Origin: a virus
Lineage: Duplodnaviria > Caudoviricetes
DNA length: 60,918 nucleotides
IMG/VR virus record: IMGVR_UViG_3300032242_001271
Span: 1 to 60,918 of that record
Reading direction: 5' to 3' (one strand)
Below the pieces are notes generated by a model. The model made no database searches and was not told the origin of the DNA. It worked only from the letters and a program-made list of their open reading frames with translations. Positions within the stretch are counted from its first letter, which is position 1. Each line of letters opens with the position of its first letter. The translations under genes and the position numbers were made by a program. Of the stretch, positions 55,486-60,918 are shown piece by piece.

Positions 55486-57531
55486 TCATGCGCTCAAATC
55501 TCCAACTGCAACCCAAGTATCAGTGCCACGCTTAATAAGCGTAACTGCAGACCACTGCGCCCTAGTTTTTAACCCCGGAGTTCCATTTATAGTTACGCCT
55601 GATATCGGGGTGATAGTTACTTGACCAGCACCAGATTGCAATATATTAATCTGTGTTCCTATGACATAAGCAACGCTACTATTCAATGGGACATTTAAAG
55701 TGAATGATGTTGCATAATTACATTCAATTAATTTTTGTTCATCACTAAGGATAAGTGTGTAGCTTGATCCCGTTTGAGCATTAGTAGATAATCTTCCCGG
55801 AGCGAAAAGAGTTCCTGTAGAACTAGTATCTGCCCATAGAACTGTTGTATCTACGGGAGCTGTCGCTGAGGTGATAATACCTTGAGCACCAGTTGGACCT
55901 TGAGGCCCTTGAGGACCCTGTGGTCCTTGAGGTCCTTGATAACCTTGAGGGCCTTGGGGACCTTGAGGTCCTTGATTACCTTGTGGACCCTGAGGGCCTT
56001 GCGGACCTTGACTGCCTTGAACGCCTTGAGGGCCTTGAGGGCCAAGGTCACCTGATCTAGCAGCACCAATAAGAACTGTCTCTCCGCTACTTGGATAAGA
56101 ACCGGAAAGAGCGACTACATCAAAAGCAGTCCAAGTAGAACTTGTAGAAGATCCAGTGACTTGAAAGGTACAATAAGTAGATGAAGATGAATCTTGACCT
56201 ATCATTGTTATAATATTTTTTATAAAATTAGTAGAGTCATCCCAAGTAGCCATATAATCTGTAATATCATTTGAATTATTGGCAGTATGACTAATATAAA
56301 ATTTAGTTATAGATGAAAATAAATTAACGCCACTGGATTTATTGAATCTTAAATATCCAGCTCCGGGATCAGCATTGGAAGTAGAAGTACTGAAATAAAA
56401 AGGAAATCCTGTACTCTTTGCTGCACCCTGAGCACCCTGAGCGCCTTGAGGACCTTGTGGGCCTTGATATCCCTGAGCACCTTGCAGACCTTGAGGTCCT
56501 TGATAGCCTTGCGGACCTTGTGGGCCTTGAATTGTAGACTGCGCACCTTGTGGACCTTGAGCACCCTGTGGGCCTTGAGGTCCTTGCGTACCTTGAGTAC
56601 CAGTGTCTCCAATAACAGCAAAATCCCAGCCAGAATAAGAACCAGATCCAGAAGTTTGATCTACAGTTATCTGAGCACTATAATTTGGATATCCAGAAGA
56701 AGAGAAGTTAGTCAATAACCCCTTCATCCAAATAGATGAAGTATTGGATAGTATCACACGCTGTCCCGCAACATAATTAAGAGGGCCAGTAGAAGATGTC
56801 ACTGTAACAGTTTTAGCTCCAGTAGAAATAGTTAAAGAACCAGAGACTGATCCACCATAACCAGACCCAGTAGATCCTTGAGGACCTTGTACTCCTTGAG
56901 GACCTTGACTGCCTTGGACACCTTGAGGGCCTTGACTTCCTTGAACGCCTTGAGGACCTTGCGGGCCTTGACTGCCTTGTGGGCCAGTCGGTCCTTGAGT
57001 TCCTTGAGGTCCTTGAATAGTAGACTGAGCACCTTGCGGACCTTGTGGTCCTTGATAGCCTTGCGGACCTTGAGGGCCTTGATTGCCCTGTGAGCCTTGA
57101 GCACCCTGCGGACCTTGTGGGCCTTGAGAACCTTGCGGGCCTTGAACAGAGGATTGAGCGCCCTGAGGACCTTGAGGGCCTTGAGGGCCTTGAGGGCCCT
57201 GAGAACCTTGAACACCGCTGGGAACAGTAAAGTTGAAAATAGCAGCAGTCGAAGTTCCGCTATTTGTCAAAACAGCAGAAGAGCCGGGAGATCCGGTAGT
57301 AGTAGTTCCAATAGTAACAGTCGCAGAGCCCAATCCAATAGGACCCTGAGGACCTTGAGGACCAATAATACCAGTAGAAGCCTCTGCAGCAATAGCTGAA
57401 GGACTAACAGTAATTCCCTGTAAGCCACGATTAACAGTAACATTAGGGCCAGCAGCAGTAGGAGTAACACTAACTGTAGTATCAATACCACTTACAGTGA
57501 TTTCGTTAGTGGTTTGATTAATTTCAGTCAT
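55486..57531 (-). CDS. Collagen-like fibre protein
   Basis: Several (GPQ)n blocks separated by beta domains; ends [10 protein letters not shown]. Confidence 0.85.
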   Translation of the reverse strand: MTEINQTTNEITVSGIDTTVSVTPTAAGPNVTVNRGLQGITVSPSAIAAEASTGIIGPQGPQGPIGLGSATVTIGTTTTGSPGSSAVLTNSGTSTAAIFNFTVPSGVQGSQGPQGPQGPQGPQGAQSSVQGPQGSQGPQGPQGAQGSQGNQGPQGPQGYQGPQGPQGAQSTIQGPQGTQGPTGPQGSQGPQGPQGVQGSQGPQGVQGSQGPQGVQGPQGSTGSGYGGSVSGSLTISTGAKTVTVTSSTGPLNYVAGQRVILSNTSSIWMKGLLTNFSSSGYPNYSAQITVDQTSGSGSYSGWDFAVIGDTGTQGTQGPQGPQGAQGPQGAQSTIQGPQGPQGYQGPQGLQGAQGYQGPQGPQGAQGAQGAAKSTGFPFYFSTSTSNADPGAGYLRFNKSSGVNLFSSITKFYISHTANNSNDITDYMATWDDSTNFIKNIITMIGQDSSSSTYCTFQVTGSSTSSTWTAFDVVALSGSYPSSGETVLIGAARSGDLGPQGPQGVQGSQGPQGPQGPQGNQGPQGPQGPQGYQGPQGPQGPQGPQGPTGAQGIITSATAPVDTTVLWADTSSTGTLFAPGRLSTNAQTGSSYTLILSDEQKLIECNYATSFTLNVPLNSSVAYVIGTQINILQSGAGQVTITPISGVTINGTPGLKTRAQWSAVTLIKRGTDTWVAVGDLSA

Positions 57532-57971
57532 TAGTAGGTGATCTCCTGCCTAACCTCAAATAATCCACGAATAATTTTAATTACATCACCTGAAGCACCC
57601 ACGCCGGGAGAAGTGCCAAGAGTTACTTCTAAATCATAATCATAAATACCGGCAGGGGTTGCTGCCATATTAGTTGCAGGAATTTTGATATCAATAATTC
57701 CTGAAGCTGGAGTAAGTACAAGAGCAGTAGTAATAGACCCAGTGATTCCGGATGTTCCTAGCCATAAGACAGCAGCATCTCTGTACGCTGCTTTCATAGA
57801 AGTTGCGGGATAAGACTTGCGAATCTTCATCTGAGCAGTGGCACCAGTGCCAAGATTAATTGCCGTCCCCGCGGAATTCTTATAGACAATTTGGCGGATA
57901 AAAGTAGTCCCCTGATCTGCCACAATATTATAAATACCTACATCAGAAACATCATTAACAATAGTAGTCAT
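57531..57971 (-). CDS. Virion structural protein (BppU N-terminal-like)
   Basis: [11 protein letters not shown]...YDYDLEV...IIRGLFEV. Confidence 0.6.
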   Translation of the reverse strand: MTTIVNDVSDVGIYNIVADQGTTFIRQIVYKNSAGTAINLGTGATAQMKIRKSYPATSMKAAYRDAAVLWLGTSGITGSITTALVLTPASGIIDIKIPATNMAATPAGIYDYDLEVTLGTSPGVGASGDVIKIIRGLFEVRQEITY

Positions 57972-57989
57972 TTTTCCTCCAACTTAACC

Positions 57990-58018
57990 ATTTTAGATCA
58001 AATAGACTTAAAACTCAA
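57990..58018 (-). promoter_or_regulatory. Putative promoter
   Basis: TTGAGT-17 nt-TAAAAT upstream of a GGAGG RBS. Confidence 0.55.
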
Positions 58019-58033
58019 GAAATAATGATATTC

Positions 58034-58585
58034 CTAAAATCTCTTCAAGTTTGGATCAATCGTAGATGCAGCAATGATTGGATCAATCGGCCACCCCGAC
58101 GACGCGAGATCAGCAAAGACCGTCTCAGGGGTGAAAACCAGATTATCAAAAGAGACTGTTGTTATCTCAATATTTGGGTCACTAGCAGCAAGGGCCAAGC
58201 CGACTTCATATTCGGAGATTTGTTTCTCTGGGAATGGAGTTCCAAATGACTTTTCCCACGAAAGAATCATTTCTTGAGTGTTTCTTCTGGTGACAATCAT
58301 TTTGCATGGTGGCATTGATTCTGTTGTTAGGAGATTTGCAACAGTCGCTTTTGTTACCCCATTTTCAGGGACAAGAGGTAACCATTCAGAGAATGGACGG
58401 AGGGGAAAGTTTGGAGGGTAATAGCCATTGGGGTTGGGATCATGTGTTTCGTCAACCTCTTTGCTTCTGATTATTTGCTCTGCCTCAAGGCTGTAATAGC
58501 CCACAAGGGTGTCTGATGCAGTTAAGCAGGCGTGCATGAGGCTGCTTGTTCCTGTTCGATACATTCCAGCTATTATGTAAATCAT
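58034..58585 (-). CDS. Sulfotransferase-like P-loop protein
   Basis: IIAGMYRTGTSSLM (PAPS-binding loop), RRN...SW, VSFDNLVFTP. Confidence 0.65.
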   Translation of the reverse strand: MIYIIAGMYRTGTSSLMHACLTASDTLVGYYSLEAEQIIRSKEVDETHDPNPNGYYPPNFPLRPFSEWLPLVPENGVTKATVANLLTTESMPPCKMIVTRRNTQEMILSWEKSFGTPFPEKQISEYEVGLALAASDPNIEITTVSFDNLVFTPETVFADLASSGWPIDPIIAASTIDPNLKRF

Positions 58586-60159
58586 TTAATAATCACCGAA
58601 GTAGCCCATCCTGTTCCAAAGTTAGATCCAGTCGTTGTTCTGGTTCCCGTAGCATTTTGGTTTGCTAGAGATATGTAGCCGGAGCGATGACGCTCATTGC
58701 TAAATGATGTAGCAAAGTTTGGATCAAAGAAATCGGCGTGCAACTCTGGATAGGGCGTACCAGAAGCAGCGGTGTAGAAACCACCGATCCACAAACTTCC
58801 ATTGCCCGTTGGGGTTATTGTTGGCACGTTTATGGTACTTGCAGCAGTTGCTGTTGCTGTTTGAATACTGTCGTAAGCCGTGGCATTTGCGACAGAGTAA
58901 ATGATTGCACTTGTATAAGTCGTGGTTGTAAATGAGAAGGTATAAGTTGACCCTTCTGATGCGGCGGTTCTTGTGTAGACATGATATTTCCTATTGCCAT
59001 TACTTAGTGAAGCCCTATTAGTCCATCCGCTTGGCGGAGTAATAGTGCCGGTTCCGTTGGTTGCAAAGAACATGACCATGATGTCACCATCTACAGTTCC
59101 TGAAGGTTTATTGATTGTTATACTGGTTCCACCAGTAACGCGAGAATCTGCATATGATCTGACATAAGCGCCGGGAGAAACATCAACCGCAGTTGAAGCA
59201 GTTCCATTACCAGCGCCATTGACTCCTCGTAACTGCAAAGAGTAAACCTGTCGATTAGTTAGTCCAGTAATCCCAAAGCGAGCGTCAAGCCAACTGTAGC
59301 CATAACTTGAATACATAGCAGGCGTAATAGATGTCCATGCTCCACTGTCAAGTTTGTATTGATACTCCACCAAATCACCGCCATTAGTTGATCCGGCTGT
59401 AAATGATGGCAAAACAATACCTGATGTGAAATGAGCGTGCTTGACGGATGTGGGCGCATCAGGAACGGTAGCGACAGTGTTGTTAATTGCCATTGCAGCA
59501 ACCAATCCCGATTCAGCAGAACTCAAGGTTCCTGTTTTCGTGTAACTGGCTGCACCGCTAGCCACTTGGAAACCTGCATAGACATTTCGAGCGCCCGTTT
59601 CTCGGTGCATTTCTGTCATCCCGCTTGGAGCCGTAAGCGTGGTTGTGGCGCTATTTCCATCCGACATGAAATAAAGGATCGCATCAGCATTACCTGCGGC
59701 GGCAACAGCAGTTGATGTTGCAGATGTTGTTAAAACGAAAACCGCTGTAGAGGAAGCGTCGTGTTTGTAGGCACTTCTCAATACAAAAACACCAGCGGTC
59801 CAAGAATCAGCGTAAGAAAGACCCGATGGGGAGGTATAAGTGGATTCCGATGCCGAGGCCACTCTGGTACACAGGCGCATGATGGTAGTGGTTGATCCTT
59901 CGCCTATGGCACTGCCGTTAACTTGCTGCCGAACCCATCCATCAGGTACAGCCGTGGGATAGTTGCCCGACTTGTAATCAATCGTGTAACGCTCAAATAG
60001 AACTAAATAATCTCCCGCCAAAATGGGATTAGAAAAAGATGCCTGAGTAATACTCCAAGGTGAATCCGAAGTACCCGTAGTAACTGACTTACTTGCAAAA
60101 GTAATACCAGAAGCAACTTCAAGGAAACCCGAAGCCACGATGCCTAAAATGCTAGGCAC
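58582..60159 (-). CDS. Fibre-associated receptor-binding protein with Fn3-like domain
   Basis: [12 protein letters not shown]-terminus; PDAPT...YQY...[16 protein letters not shown] Fn3; two related flanking beta domains. Confidence 0.7.
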   Translation of the reverse strand: MPSILGIVASGFLEVASGITFASKSVTTGTSDSPWSITQASFSNPILAGDYLVLFERYTIDYKSGNYPTAVPDGWVRQQVNGSAIGEGSTTTIMRLCTRVASASESTYTSPSGLSYADSWTAGVFVLRSAYKHDASSTAVFVLTTSATSTAVAAAGNADAILYFMSDGNSATTTLTAPSGMTEMHRETGARNVYAGFQVASGAASYTKTGTLSSAESGLVAAMAINNTVATVPDAPTSVKHAHFTSGIVLPSFTAGSTNGGDLVEYQYKLDSGAWTSITPAMYSSYGYSWLDARFGITGLTNRQVYSLQLRGVNGAGNGTASTAVDVSPGAYVRSYADSRVTGGTSITINKPSGTVDGDIMVMFFATNGTGTITPPSGWTNRASLSNGNRKYHVYTRTAASEGSTYTFSFTTTTYTSAIIYSVANATAYDSIQTATATAASTINVPTITPTGNGSLWIGGFYTAASGTPYPELHADFFDPNFATSFSNERHRSGYISLANQNATGTRTTTGSNFGTGWATSVIIK

Positions 60160-60918
60160 TTAAATCACCTACAAGGATATAATTATTTGTGGAAGTGCAA
60201 ATAAGTGTTGCAGCAGAATACTGTGCTCTAAACTTCTTTCCCGGCGTTGCGTTTGTTGTTGCCGTTCCGGCCACAGTTACTTGACCTGATCCTGTTTGGA
60301 CCATATCGATTCTCTGACCAGCAGAAAGACCGATGCCGGTGTTTACATTGAGAGTCATTGCAGTAGAGCTATTATTGAGAAGAAGAATCTTTCCGTTATC
60401 CCCGGAAACTACAGCGTAAGCATTAGCCGTGATTGTAGGAGTAGAAACTGTTTGAGCAGTTGTCCAATCTCCAGCAGCACCCTGTGGTCCCTGCGGACCT
60501 TGAGAGCCTTGAGAGCCAGTCGTGCCTTGCGGGCCTTGAGAGCCTTGCGAGCCAGCAGCACCTTGCGAACCAGTTGGGCCTTGAGGACCTTGCGTGCCTT
60601 GAGAGCCAGTTGGGCCTTGTGGGCCTTGAGAACCTTGCGAACCAGTTGGGCCTTGAGGACCTTGCGTGCCTTGAGAGCCAGTTGGGCCTTGTGGGCCTTG
60701 AGAACCTTGCGAACCAGTCGGGCCTTGAGGACCTTGCGTGCCTTGAGAGCCAGTTGGGCCTTGAGAACCTTGAGGGCCAATCGGGCCTTGAGGACCTTGC
60801 GTGCCTTGAGAACCAGTTGGGCCTTGTGGGCCTTGAGAACCTTGCGAACCAGTCGGGCCTTGAGAGCCTTGCGAGCCAGCAGCACCTTGCGAACCAGTTG
60901 GGCCTTGAGGACCTTGCG
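60152..60918 (-). CDS. Collagen-like fibre protein, 5'-truncated by the window edge
   Basis: The frame of track ORF 60152-60358 stays open upstream as Gly-X-Y repeats to the window end; ends YILVGDLSA. Confidence 0.8.
   Translation of the reverse strand, partial: QGPQGPTGSQGAAGSQGSQGPTGSQGSQGPQGPTGSQGTQGPQGPIGPQGSQGPTGSQGTQGPQGPTGSQGSQGPQGPTGSQGTQGPQGPTGSQGSQGPQGPTGSQGTQGPQGPTGSQGAAGSQGSQGPQGTTGSQGSQGPQGPQGAAGDWTTAQTVSTPTITANAYAVVSGDNGKILLLNNSSTAMTLNVNTGIGLSAGQRIDMVQTGSGQVTVAGTATTNATPGKKFRAQYSAATLICTSTNNYILVGDLSA
60480..60918. repeat. 9-bp (Gly-X-Y) tandem repeats with 72-bp higher-order unit
   Basis: gagagccagttgggccttg recurs at 60601, 60673 and 60745. Confidence 0.85.

Noticed and set aside
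674-59715. All other plus-strand ORFs in the track
   Set aside because: Nearly all overlap well-supported minus-strand genes, and none shows recognisable motifs
55851-60885. LKALKVLK-repeat ORFs (e.g. 60409-60885, 56832-57215)
   Set aside because: Alternative-frame readings of (GPQ)n collagen DNA
1-60918. Stop-codon reassignment
   Set aside because: Core genes are full length under the standard code and all three stops are used

Overview
This window is a 60.9-kb, AT-rich segment of a large tailed dsDNA phage (Caudoviricetes, siphovirus-type tail). Every credible gene is on the minus strand. Two WhiB-like genes, a DUF3039-like gene, an Rpf-type transglycosylase and leaderless TANNNT promoters point to an actinobacterial host. 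Reading in transcription order, right to left: (1) collagen-like and other fibre genes with a sulfotransferase-like gene (54.6-60.9 kb). (2) A 1086-aa prohead protease/scaffold gene, major capsid, head-tail and tail genes, including a -1 frameshifted tail chaperone, the tape measure and a 1719-aa tail-tip protein (35-54.5 kb). (3) HNH, metallophosphoesterase, holin and a replication/recombination module: DnaB, primase, SSB, HAD nucleotidase, dCMP deaminase, LAGLIDADG, DnaE, RecA, Cas4-like, RuvC (19-35 kb). (4) A displaced terminase, WhiB, an Sm/Hfq-like protein and Rpf (12.9-17.3 kb). (5) About 45 small, mostly acidic early-type genes under two homologous SigA-type promoters (0-12.6 kb). The most striking observation is the protease/scaffold gene. 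It is a beads-on-a-string polyprotein containing an intact Dps (mini-ferritin) domain, a DnaJ-type zinc finger and three other modules separated by Lys motifs, with a nested internal promoter and starts for scaffold-only isoforms. This suggests a cargo-loading system that packages Dps inside the capsid. Other notable signals: a sharply bounded stretch of dnaE with no A-ending codons (candidate origin/ssDNA footprint), a circularly permuted GHKL ATPase-HExxH fusion, a standalone secreted Rpf next to an Hfq-like gene, and a homing endonuclease that seems to have captured the dnaE start. All family calls come from motif recognition by eye; no database search was run. No tRNA, rRNA, CRISPR array, integrase, portal or canonical endolysin was recognised in this window.
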